From positions 152,086,001-152,150,000 of the forward strand of contig OX597817.1 in assembly GCA_951406725.2 (NCBI GenBank): a DNA stretch of 64,000 nucleotides. Direction: 5' to 3'. Every line of letters starts with the position of its first letter. The stretch's first letter is position 1. The notes beneath the pieces are model-generated. The model saw only the letters and a list, made by a program, of their open reading frames with translations. It made no database searches and was not told where the DNA came from. This document shows positions 40,160-52,457 of this stretch, piece after piece. Both the position numbers and the translations under genes were made by a program. The DNA comes from Octopus vulgaris (lineage: Eukaryota).

Positions 40160-41421
40160 GCAAGTTCTTATAAACAATTATTACATTCCATTTCATGTTT
40201 AGAAAGTAAAATGGGGACATTTTAAAACAGACAAATACTTGATGGTATTGAGCTTCACCCTCTTGTTACCTACAATGGACTGATGTCCCATCCAGTGCTG
40301 GCGGGGGTGGAATATATGCACCAGAGAAACCAGGAAACAGGCCCTCATCATCATCATCATCATCGTCATTTAACGTCCGCTTTCCATGCAACATGGGTTG
40401 GACGAATGACTGAGGGCTGGCGAACCAGATGGATGCACCAGGCTTCAATCTTGATCTGGTAGAGTTTCTACAGCTGGATGCCTTTCCTAACGCCAACCAC
40501 TCCGAGTGTGTAGTGGATGCTTTTACGTGCCAGTCAGGCGATACTGGCAACAACCACGCTCGAATCTTTTACACATGTCACCGGCACAGGTGCCAGTAAG
40601 GCGATGCTGGTAACGATCACGCTCAAATGGTGTCTTTTACAAGCCACTGGCACAGAGGCCAGATGGCCGCTCTGGCAATGATCACGCTCAGATGGTGCTC
40701 TTAGGAAAGGATTTTCATCCTATTGTTATATCCTTTTGTTACCATGTTTCTGCTGAAATATACTGCCTTAGTTTCAATCAATTTTCAATCAAAAAAATTA
40801 TGAAGAATTTAGTAAAACAACTGTTATTATTAAGCTGGTGTTTGGAATATAAACTGACATAAAATTCTGATAAAAGGTTTCGAGTTAGATCACTCTAAAA
40901 CAGGAAGTTTACGTCATGCAACCAAGGGCAGTGTCAAGTAAGTTGATAGCGAAAAAGTTAAAATCCTATAACCAGTCTGAACAAAATAAACAAGAGGCAA
41001 TCCAGGATATCCTGTTTGAAAAATCATTATTCTGTCACTTACAATTAGTTAATAACCCTATGATAAAGAGCTAATGAGGGAGGTGGAGATCTCTATGTTG
41101 TTGCTCAACTTGCTAGAAATAACAGCTAAATGACTTTCAAATCACACCTTATCTTAAAATGACAAAAACATTCATATACAAAATGGCAGGATAATGACCA
41201 CTGCTATGTCTTTGATCAGAGCTGTCCAGGGGTTAATTAGCAACAGTTGTAAATTGTATTAGTACAAGCATGGTTGTGTCGTTAAGGAGCTCACTTTGCA
41301 ACCATGTGTTTTCATGGCACTTTGAATAAGTGCCTTCTATTGTAGCCCCTGGGCCAATTAATTCCTTGTGATTGAATTTGGTAGACAAAAACTGTGTGGC
41401 AGCTCGTGTGTGTGTTTTAAC

Positions 41422-41660
41422 GCTGTGTTAAAAACACAAATATCATTCCAGTAGTGGCCAGCAAGAGCTCAAGATGCATTTCAGCTTTTTGTGCTTTTCA
41501 ATGATATGTACTCACAACCAGCCCCATTAAAGCATGTGGTTGGCTGTGAATACACATCACAGAAGAGGCCCAAAAGGGGGCAAAATGCATCTGGCACTCT
41601 TGCTGATCATTGCTAGGGTGTTTTTTGTCTCCCTCTGATATTTATTGTTTTTAACACAGC
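41422..41660. repeat. Old imperfect fold-back element
   Basis: GCTGTGTTAAAAACA / TGTTTTTAACACAGC ends, with paired CAGCAAGAG/CTCTTGCTG and AGATGCATTT/AAATGCATCT blocks inside. Confidence 0.85.
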
Positions 41661-42291
41661 ATGTCCATAATCTTGTGAAGGATCCACCAGATTCATATCC
41701 AGTCAATGATTCACTAGATTTCACATCCAGCCAACGATTTTACTCTGAAACTGGGTTGTGTCTTGTTACTTATATGATTTGGGAGTGGCCAGCTCAGACT
41801 GTTTGGTCATGTTGCTCAATTTTCCAAGTTAGTCTGCTTAATGTCTCCTCTTCACTGACGATCTGACTGTGTTTGACAATTTCTGTTGGTTGACCATATG
41901 CTACATGGTCACATTAGATAAGGAGGTATCTTGCAGAAATGGAGACTAACTGCTCAAAGATCATTCAGGAGAATTCAGGAATATACTGACAAACAGCAAA
42001 TGCAGCAACACACTGCAACAATGTATTCTCCCACATCTGACCTGACCATATCCATAAGAGATGATATCTCAAGATGAATACTGGCTTATTGACAGTGTGT
42101 ATACATTAAGTATGATACATAGATGGCTATTTTAATTTAATACTGCCTCAACTGCTTATACCAGAAAATATTTAGTTTAATAATAATGTTCATTTTTCAA
42201 GGAAAAAAAGAAACTTTCCATATTTGATTACATGGAAGAGGAAGTCTTTCTTCATTCTGAATTGAAACAATGCCCTTTGTCTTCATTATAG

Positions 42292-42491
42292 GATTTACTA
42301 CGGCTTGTTGTCACAGAGAATATGGATACCACCATGATTAACAATATTGAGTTCTTCTTCAAATATGCTTGCAAAGGAGAATCGCTTGCATGGCCACGTC
42401 GGGAAAGTGTATTGCTTCAATACTCTATTAATGGTGGCATCACGTGGCATTTACTACAGGAAATCCATTACAAGAATGACTCCAACACACG
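42292..42491 (+). CDS. RELN: Reelin exon K (repeat 4B)
   Basis: ttatag|GAT, CG|gtaaat; DLLRLVVTENMDTT...ESVLLQYSINGGITWHLLQEIHY; phase 0 to 2. Confidence 0.94.
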
Positions 42492-43601
42492 GTAAATGCA
42501 ATTTCTTTTTTTAATCTTGTAACAAAACTTAGAACTTCTAGTTATTGAATTTGTTACTATTTATCATTTTAATTTATTCTATCATTTGAACTGTTTACTT
42601 TGATCAACTATCCCTCATTGTACCTATGTTACAAATTATCATTATTAATATTATTGTTATTATTGAGTGAGAGAGCAATGCATGCCATCAAAGTGACACT
42701 GGGGTAAAATATACGAAGCCCTGTAGACCCATCATGACTATCCGTCTGATAAGGATACACTAGGCATCCCAACCATATGTGCACGACATGGTGATCTCAT
42801 ATCAAGATAAACAGTGCATGACCTTGCAGGTGAGGCCCAGTTAGAATTTTTTCTTCTGGTCGAGTAGCCCATCCCACTCAAAAGGTCCCTGAATAAGGAT
42901 TGTTTAAGGATGTTGAACGAAACAGCCATGTTTCCAAAGATGAATTATCCAAACCTCCAAAAATTCCTTTCAACACATGTCTACTTCTGCTTGTGGTCAG
43001 AGATGCCCATATCGTCAGCCACTAAGGGACATGTATGTATGTATGTATGTGTGCTTTTGTGTTTATCTCTCTGCCCCCACTGCTAGTCAGCAGTGTTGCG
43101 GTGAGCGGTCAGAAATGTTAGCATGCCGGGCGAAATGCTTAACGGTATTTCATCTGCCGCTACGTTCTGAGTTCAAATTCTGCCGAGGTCGACTTTGCCT
43201 TTCATCCTTTCGGGGTCGATAAATTAAGTACCAGTTACGCACTGGGGTCGATGTAATCGACTTAATCCGTTTGTCTGTCCTTGTTTGTCCTCTCTGTGTT
43301 TAGCCCCTTGTGGGTAGTAATGAAAAAGGTTTGTTTATATCCCCATAACTTAGTGATTTCAGCAAAATGTGACTCATAGACTAAGTACCAGACTTGAAAA
43401 GAACTAAGTACTGGGGTTGATTTGTTTGACTAAACACTCCAAGGCATGAATGCAGTTTCATAACTAAAGCAAGTAACAGATAAACGATATACATTTTTGC
43501 CTTTGTTAAACTTTAACAGCTTGGAAACCGAAATGTTAAGACAATATTTGCATTATAGATCTGACATTAATCATTTATGGTTTGTTTTTAATGTTCTTCA
43601 G

Positions 43602-43678
43602 CTTCTTCAGTGTATTTTTACCTCCATTAGCCAAAGCCAATGCAACAAAATTCAGATTCTGGCAACCAAAGCATGGAG
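43602..43678 (+). CDS. RELN: Reelin exon L (77 nt, repeat 4B)
   Basis: cttcag|C, G|gttagt; FFSVFLPPLAKANATKFRFWQPKHG; phase 2 to 1. Confidence 0.92.
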
Positions 43679-44841
43679 GTTAGTAACATAATTTATAACG
43701 CAGAAATACGATGTCAATTTGTTGGTTTGTTTTTTGTTTCTAATTTTAATCTTTTTAACAGTTTGTATGTATGATGAATTGTGGTAGAGTATAAAAATAA
43801 TTATTTAGTAGTTTATTGAACAAATGAATATTCTTACAGTAGTTATTCTTCAGTTAGCAGAAAATTTTCTGTCATATAATGTGATAAAATAGTTCTTTAA
43901 AAAATATTTTTATAAATTGTTTTTACACATTCATACACACTACATACATACATACTTACATGTGTGTGTAAGTATCTATGTTTGTGAATATGTGTGTACC
44001 TATGTATGTGTGTATGCATCAATGTATGAATGTGAGTATATGCATGTATATATACATGTGGTATGAGTACATATATATATATGTACACATATATATATAT
44101 ATATGAAAGAGAGAAAGACAGAGTGAGCAATAGGTAAGTACCATCCAAGGATATATATGTATACATGAGTTTGTGAGTGAATAACCTTAAAAACTGTTGT
44201 GGTTTATAATATATCATCTTACTAATGTTTGGTGAAAGTTGATCTGCTAGTTTTAAAGTTATCTCTATTAAAACACAAAGAAACAAAATCTGACTTTCTT
44301 AAGCATGTTGATTCAAAGAAGGTAATGATCTGAAACATTTTCAGTGAAATATTTATCATACATCTTAAAATATTTTCTAATATTAAACAAAGACTGCAAC
44401 AGTCAACACGAAATTTAATAATGGCTACTTAAGTCAAAACTGCAGTATTTTTCTCAATGTGTTCATTCACATAATTTAGCTTTAGTTCAAAAGTTAGATA
44501 CTTTTTAACAAATTTGGTGTGTTTACCAAGATACAGCATGCTGCCAATAGTTATCGTCACATAGAATTAATTCCAATATCAACAGGGATCTCATGTTTTG
44601 CATTATCAGCATATTCAACTAGACTGGTTCAATGAGATGCTGGGTAAAACATGAAGTCCTTGTTGACTCAAATTTTACAATAAATTTGACTCTATTCTCA
44701 GAGTTGAGTCACCCTATTTATACATATATTCCATTGTTAGTCTTAAACTAGCTTTAAAATTATAATCCTGTTTTGCATTTCCAATATCAAAATTTTTCCT
44801 TCAAGAATTCAAATGAAATTGTTTTGTTGACTTTGTTATAG

Positions 44842-45004
44842 GTTCGATGCAGTCAACATGGGCAATAGACAACTTTTTTGTTGGAACTATGACACTTAAC
44901 CCAAACATGCTTGATGACAAATTTGAAAAACCATCATTAGATCAAGGTCTGTGGCAGTTTTCAAACAATGGAAAACTTGGGAAATATTGTGAATTCAACA
45001 GACG
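44842..45004 (+). CDS. RELN: Reelin exon M (4B/5A junction)
   Basis: ttatag|GT, CG|gtatgc; SMQSTWAIDNFFVG...LDDKFEKP...GKYCEFNR; phase 1 to 2. Confidence 0.94.
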
Positions 45005-47422
45005 GTATGCCATTTTACTTAATATTTTTCTTTCTTCTTTCCAAAAGAAATAAAAAACATCAAAAACTATTTTCGCCTCCTACTTTCGTTAACATATTTC
45101 TAGCGAAATACACTGCTTTTGTTGTAATTAATTCTGAAAACAATATAATTAGTTAAATAAATTTGTCATTAAGCTAGTGTTTGAAACAAATTGATATGAA
45201 ACTTTGATGGAAAGTTTTAATTTAGACAATTTTAAAACAGGAAGTTTGCATCATAGAGCTAGATGTAGGTTGATATAAGATTCATTGTAGTAGTGTGGTT
45301 ATCATTTTCAAAAATCTAGAGTGAGATAAAAAAAAATTTCCCTTATCATCATGTCACCATCATAAGGGGAAAAAAATTCCCCTTATCATCATCATCATCG
45401 TCTAATGTCCACTTTCCATGCTGGCATGCGTTGAACAATTTGACTGAGGACTGGCAAACTAGATGGCTGCACCAGGTTCCAATCTGATCTGGCAGAATTT
45501 CTACAGCTGGATGCCCTTTCTAACGCCAACCATTCCGATAGTGTAGTGGGTGCTTTTACGTGCCACCGGCACAAGGGCCAGTCAGGTGGTACCAGCAACG
45601 GCCATGCTCAAATGGTGTTTTTTACATGCCACCTGCACAAGAGCCAGTCCAGCAGCACTGGCAATGACCTCACTCAAATGTTTTTTCATATGCCATCAGC
45701 ACAAGTGCCAGTAAGGCGATGCTGGTAACAATCAGGCTCGAATGGTGCGACTACTTCCTGCAAATGAAACATTAACATGCAAGGATAAATTTACATTCAA
45801 TATAAATAATGCCAACTCAGAATTCAATGGCTGACTAAAACTGGTAGAACAGAATTCTACAAATGTCTGATAATTGTCTTTTTTTGATTGACAATTGTCC
45901 AGAGATTATTTACTTTTGTGCTTTCATCACCCCTTGCTTGATGTATTAACGAAGCCATATCAGAGTGTTATAGAAGACAGTTACGTAAACAGATATGTAA
46001 TATTTTAAAATCTTGCAATTTCCAAATAAGCAACCATGTCAACGTTGGCAAAGTCTCTCTCTATCAAACATTATGGCATTGTGTCTAAGCAGTTGTAGGC
46101 AAGTTTCCAATATGTTAGTGTCTAATTGCCTGCAACTACAACTTTTGTAGAATTTTGTTGCTGCTGTCACCTACAGTTGCTCTCAGAGTAAGAGGAGAGA
46201 GAGAGCTTATTAAGGAATTATAGTTCCTTTATCAGAAAGACTAATGCCTATTGGTTAGAAAGGAAAAATGATTGAAAATTTTAAGTTTCAAAATCAGCTT
46301 GCAAGGAGCAAATTGAATGCCAGTATGGCAGCATGGTTAACAAGCTCATTTTAAAACCATGTGATTTCAGGTTCACTCCCACTGTGCAACACCTTGGGCA
46401 AGTGCCTTCTACTATAATCCCATACCAACCAATACCTTGTGTGTGAATCTATGTTTGTGTGAGTGTGTATACTCTGACTGTGAAGACCCGACAAATAAAG
46501 TGAGTTCATGGCTGTATCCTACACCAGCTTCACACAACCAGCCCCAGCCCATTCAAAGTACCTTGGATCGTGGGATAGCCTGCTGTGCTTACCTTGGATC
46601 GTGGGGTGACCTGCTGTACTATTGAGTCAAGTACATCAACATCATAAGAAAAATCAAATGAAAATTGTAGTTGTGATACCTGTGCCAGTAGCACGTAAAA
46701 AGCACCATCCGAATGTGGCCGATGCCAGTGCCACCTTGGCTGGCTTCCGTGCTGTTGGCATGTAAAAAGCACCAACCGATCGTGGACGTTGCCAGCCTCC
46801 TCTGGCCCCTGTGCTGGTGGCATGTAAAAAGCACACACTACACTCACGGAGTGGTTGGCATTAGGAAGGGCATCCAGCTGTAGAAACACTGCTAGATCAG
46901 ACTGGAGCCTGGTGCAACCACCTGGCTTCCCAAACCCCAGTCAAACCGTTCAACCCATGCTAGCATGGAAAACGGACATTAAACGATGATGATGTCTGTA
47001 TGTACATCTTTGTGCCCATATTTGTCCCACCTACTACTTGACAGTGTTGTTTTGTTTATGTCTTCATAACTTAGGAGTCCACCAAAATAGACCAACAGAA
47101 TAAGTATAAAACCCAAAAACTAAGTACTGAGGTCAATTTGTTCACAAAAAAATCAGTTCAAGATGGTGCCAGAGCTTAACTGCAATCCAATGACTAAGAC
47201 AAATAAGATATAAAAGAGAAATTCTTCATGTAGCTTTCTGACTATTATGCTCTTACCTCCAGAGATGTCATCATATTGGGAAGAGGTATTGAGCTGCATA
47301 AAGAAGCACTAAGCTCTAAGTGTGGAGGGCACCTGTTGAAGGGTTAAACCCAGGAAGACATGGGATGAAGGGTGAGAAAGGATCTTTGGATGATGGGCCT
47401 CACTGAAGAAATGACAAGGGAC

Positions 47423-47655
47423 AAGGTGGCGAGCTGGCAGAAATGGTAGCGCACCGGGCGAAATGCTTAGCAGTATTTCGTCTGCCGTTACATTCTGAGT
47501 TCAAATTCCGCCGAGGTCGACTTTGTCTTTCATCCTTTCGGGGTCAATTAAATAAGTACCAGTTACGCACTGGGGTCAATGTAATCGACTTAATCCCTTT
47601 GTCTGTTCTTGTTTGTCCCCTCTATGTTTAGCCCCTTGTGGGCAGTAAAGAAATA
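47423..47655 (+). mobile_element. SINE family 2 (AAGGCGGCGAGCTGGCAGAA head) inserted into an RTE remnant
   Basis: 15-bp TSD GAAATGACAAGGGAC / GAAGTGTCAAGGGAC (47408-22, 47656-70); other copies at ~3990-4226(-), 37457-37670(+), 43098-43325(+), 51108-51320(+), 63599-63810(+). Confidence 0.85.
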
Positions 47656-48014
47656 GAAGTGTCAAGGGACCGGGAGATGTGGAAATTTGTTGTACTTGAT
47701 AAGACATGTCAAGCTAAGTAAAATCATTGTCTTCCACACATACAGGTTTGTCCTTTCAGGTGCTGGTGCCACTTAAAAAGTACCCATGCCAGTGCTGTGC
47801 TAACACACCTGTACCGGTGCTGAGTAAATGCACCTTATGTTGATGGCATGTAAAAAGCACCCAACACACTCTGTTAAGTGATTGTTGTTAGTAAGGTCAT
47901 CCAGCCATAGAAGCCATACCTCAACAAACAGCTGGAGGCTGAACAGCTTCCTGCTAGCCAGCTCAATGTCAAACCATCCAACCCATGCCAGTATGAAAGG
48001 TAGACGTTAAACAG

Positions 48015-48045
<31 letters not shown>

Positions 48046-48849
48046 GATGATGATTATGATGATGATTATCATCATCATCACATATTTGAGCAGCAAGCCA
48101 GTGGTCAATGCTGAATTTTTCTGTGGACCAGTTTTATGAATAATTATCTAATGATGGGCATCAGTATGAATTTATTTCCGTCATTCATCAACTGCCTAAA
48201 CACTGGGAGGTTGTTGAGATAATTTACACGGTGTGAGAGGTGGCGGGGTATACCATGAGTTTGAAGGAGAGAATCATTTCTAACAAGATTATCTGTAAAC
48301 CTTGACTCATGCACCAGAGGTCAATGCTTTTCAGAATGAAATTCTTTGTATGTTTCTGAAGTGTTCTGACAATCTGTATGGGCCTGTCTAATTTAATGAC
48401 TCCATATCATATGCTATAACAGGAAAACAACAGATATCATTTGATAAAGTTTGATTCCAAAGAATACAAAGATATTGATGTTTCAAAACTTTGGAATATT
48501 CCAATATAGACGTAATAGTAATGATAGTAATGTTATTTATTAGATTATTAACCAGTACTACTAATAACTATGAGATCTGTCTTTAACATCATTAATTCTA
48601 AACAATTTACGTTCGGAATTTGATAGTTCTATACATTCCTTCGGTCTCTTCAATTTCATGCTCCTTTTGCAATCGTCAGCCATTATAGATCAATATTTTT
48701 ACTGATCTTCTCAGCCAATTTACATCAATATTTTTCACTGGGAATGTTTGGTTTTAATGTTTTGCAGGTCTCTCTATTCAGTTCTCTGCCAGTTCAACAT
48801 GTCGGCCATTAACAAATATTTTATTGCTTGGTGTCTTTGATATTTACAG

Positions 48850-48964
48850 GGAAAGCACTCGAACTGCAGGCAGCTCAGCTTTGGTATTCAAAAGAGGAAC
48901 TGGAGAACATTCTATTGTTACAAGAGACTTGGATATTGGACCTATGTCAGTTGTGCAATTTGAT
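48850..48964 (+). CDS. RELN: Reelin exon N (repeat 5A)
   Basis: ttacag|G, GAT|gtaaga; ESTRTAGSSALVFKRGTGEHSIVTRDLDIGPMSVVQFD; phase 2 to 0. Confidence 0.93.
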
Positions 48965-49161
48965 GTAAGAATATTGATGCTATTATTATATTAGCTATAT
49001 TGGTGATATAGAGCTGTGCAAAGATATTAAATGTTGCCTAAAATATAGAGAAAATATTATACACATCTATTTATTCCAATGGATTTAGTGTGATATGTGT
49101 TCTATTAACTTCCAAAATGTTTCAATACTATTATACTTTTTAATTTTGAAATATTATTATT

Positions 49162-49409
49162 TTGCAGCATGGAAGGTGTTTATAAGCCATTTAAAAATCC
49201 ACAAAAACTGTTAGATTCACTTCAACATTTAAATTTAATTTGTCAAAATATTTTCGTAGCTTTGAGGCCACAACCTATTCACCAACGGGTTCTGGTCTCA
49301 AAGTGACGAAAATATTTTGACAATTTGACAATCTAAGTTTAAATGTTGAAGTGGATCTAATGATTTTTGTGTGCTTTTAAATGGCTTATAAACACCTTCC
49401 ATGCTCCAA
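49162..49409. repeat. Imperfect fold-back, ~115-bp arms
   Basis: AGCATGGAAGGTGTTTATAAGCCATTTAAAA ... TTTTAAATGGCTTATAAACACCTTCCATGCT. Confidence 0.93.
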
Positions 49410-49484
49410 TTGTTTTTGTTTCAGCACACGATCTCAGATCAAGTCACTTGCTATGCAAGTACATCTCCTTTTTTTATTTTTTTT

Positions 49485-49893
49485 CTCTTTTACTTGTTTC
49501 AGTCATTTGACTGTGGCCATGCTGGAGCACCGCCTTTAGTTGAGCAAATCGACCCGAGGACTTATTCTTTGAAAGCCTAGTACTTATTCTATCGGTCTCT
49601 TTTGCTGAACAGCTAAGTTACGGGGACATAAACACACCAGCATCGGTTGTCAAGTGATGTTGGGGGGACAAACATAGACACACAAACATACACATACAGA
49701 TATATGTATATATATATATATACATATACACGACAGGCTTCTTTCAGTTTCCGTCAACCAAATCCACTCACAAGGCTTTGGTCGGCCCGAGGCTATAGTA
49801 GAAGACACTTGCCCAAGGTGCCATTAGTGGAAATGAACCCGGAATCAAATGGTTGGTAAGCAAGCTACTTACCACACAGCCACTCCTGCACCT
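49485..49893 (-). mobile_element. SINE family 1 copy
   Basis: Full-length reverse-complement match to the other family 1 copies. Confidence 0.85.
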
Positions 49894-52236
49894 ATTATAA
49901 TTCTATTTTAATGAAAACATACTAACAACGTACAATTATTATAAAATATCTATTAATTATATCAAGGAGAAAGTTTTCAGCTAGGTTTTTTTTTTCTTTT
50001 TGTGGAAGGGGAATGTTTTTGTTATTAATGAGAGGTGTAATGACAGTGTCTATATCCCTCTTTAGGGCCTTGGTGAGTGATAGAGAAGAAAGGAGAAAAT
50101 TATCCTCTGACTAGAGTGTTGATTCAAATATTTACAATAGCAAACTTCACTAAAGGTACCCAAGGCTCAAGAGTTGCTGTTAAACCAAACAACAGATTTA
50201 ATCTACAACCTCCAAAAGACAAGGATGATCTCTCCAACAGGCTTTCATTCAGATTTTTCTTCTACAAAATTTCAGTTACAGAGTTTTGGTTGATGTAAGA
50301 GTATGATAGAAGACACTTGCTCTAAATGCAGTGCATTGAGATTGAACCTGAAATCAATTAGCTGAGAAGAAAACTTCTTAACCACACAGCCATGCTTGAA
50401 CTATATTAGACTTCTTAACTCCCAGACAATGTATTGCTAGTGCATATGTTATTATCAACATTGCAATTTATCTGTAACTATTACACACAGGCATGTTGTA
50501 CATCAATATGTTTCAATTTAACTGGACATAACTGCAGGTCATATGTGCAGCAGAGCAGATTGTAGCCGTGTTCTTCCTATATCTGCGTGTTGTTTCTTTT
50601 TTTTTTCTTTTTGTTACTTTTTTTGTCAGTTTTAATACTTTTGCTTTACTTTATAAATTATTGTATTGTCTACTATGGGAAATAGTTATTGTGCATGGTT
50701 TATAACTCTGTACATGGTTTGTAGCAAAAATTTGGGGACCAGCCAAAGTTGACGTAATTAGTATCGATCTTATGTTTTGCTTGTAGACTAATGTCACCAT
50801 TTTATATTTTATCTAATTTTCAAACCAATGAATGATTGCAGGGTATTTCATTGTCTTTGTCTTAACTGCACGAATGTGTTATTGGTGTGTTATTGGAATA
50901 CCTTAGTGTTATTCTTGTGTATTCGGAGAATGTTAGTGTCATTGAACAAGACAATGTTTTCCATTGTTATTCTTGGAAAGATAGATTTATTAATCTGTTT
51001 CTGAAAATAATTTCTTCTTGAGAAACAAGGTTTTCACTTTGTAATTGTAATTGTGTAATTATTAATAATTGCAATTATGTAATTATTAATAATTATAATT
51101 ACTGATATGGTGGCAAACTTGCAGAATCATTAACATGCCAAGTAAAATGCATAATGGCAGTTTGCTTGTCTTTACATTCTGAGTTCAAATTCTGCTGGGG
51201 TCAGCTTTGCTTTTCATCCCTTTGGGATCAATAAAATATGAACCAGCTTAAGCACTGGGATCAATGTAATCAACTTACTGTTCCACCCTGAAATTGTCAG
51301 CCTTGTGTCAAAATTTGAAACTGGTAATTATAATTAAGGATTAAAATATGTGAGTGACTATAAACACTCACAAATTAGGACAATTTAACCGACTGCAATG
51401 AAATAAACATTGAATCTTGAGTGTCTTTGCAGAGATTTAGGGAAGTCTTGTGTAAGGATAACAAAATAGTATGTTGTAGCAACCCATTTAGGGAACCAAG
51501 GATCTTGGAAGCTTTTTGTTACCATAGAGTTGGGAGAGTCTATGGTAAATGCTTATTCTTTTCTACTCAAGGCACAAGGCGGAATTTGAACTCAGAACGT
51601 AAAGACAAACGAAATACTGCTAAGCATTTCGCCCAGCATGCTAACATTTCTGCCAGCTTGCTGCCTTATGGTAAATGCTTATTATTCGATAAATGTTGAT
51701 ACAATGAAAAGTATCATTTTCATAAAATACTAGCAAATTAATACAAGATCATAATAAGTATTAGGATAGAGTAGCTTGGGTGAAACATTGTGTGATCCTC
51801 ATTTAACGTCCGCTTTCCATGCTAGCATGGGTCAGCCGATTTGACTGAGGACTGGTGAACCAGATGGCTGCACCAGGCTCCAATCTGATTTGGTACAGTT
51901 TCTACAGCTGGATGCCCTTCCTAATGCCAACCACTCCGAGAGTGTAATGGGTGCTTTTACGTGCCACCAGCACGAGGGCCAGTCAGGTGGTACTGGCAAC
52001 AGTCACACTCAAATGGTGCTTTTTATGTGCCACTTGCACAGGAGCCAGTCCAGCAGCACTGGCAATGACTTTGCTCGAATGTTTTTTCACATGCCTCCAG
52101 CACAAGTGCCAGTAAGGCGACGCATATTGATATTAAATGATATAAAACTAACGATTATATTTTGTAAATTCTACTGGCAGAAAGTTTACCCTTTAATAAT
52201 TTTTTTAATTTATTCTATTTTTATTTATTCTGTCAG

Positions 52237-52457
52237 ATCAATGTCGGTTGTGGTGCCAGTTCAACTCACAAATATCCTGTACGTCTGGAATATTCTGTAA
52301 ATGGTGGTAAAACATGGCAGCTGATTGTTCCTAATTGTGCTGATTATGCTTTGGCTCGTTGTGATGACCAAATGCGACCAACATCGGTATATTATTCTGG
52401 CACAACCAAATATTGGAGAAGAATTATCATTCCTTTAGATGGTCTTCATGCTTGTGG
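52237..52457 (+). CDS. RELN: Reelin exon O (repeat 5A)
   Basis: tgtcag|ATC, GG|gtatga; INVGCGASSTHKYPVRLEYSVNGGKTW...YYSGTTKYWRRIIIPLDGLHAC; phase 0 to 2. Confidence 0.95.
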
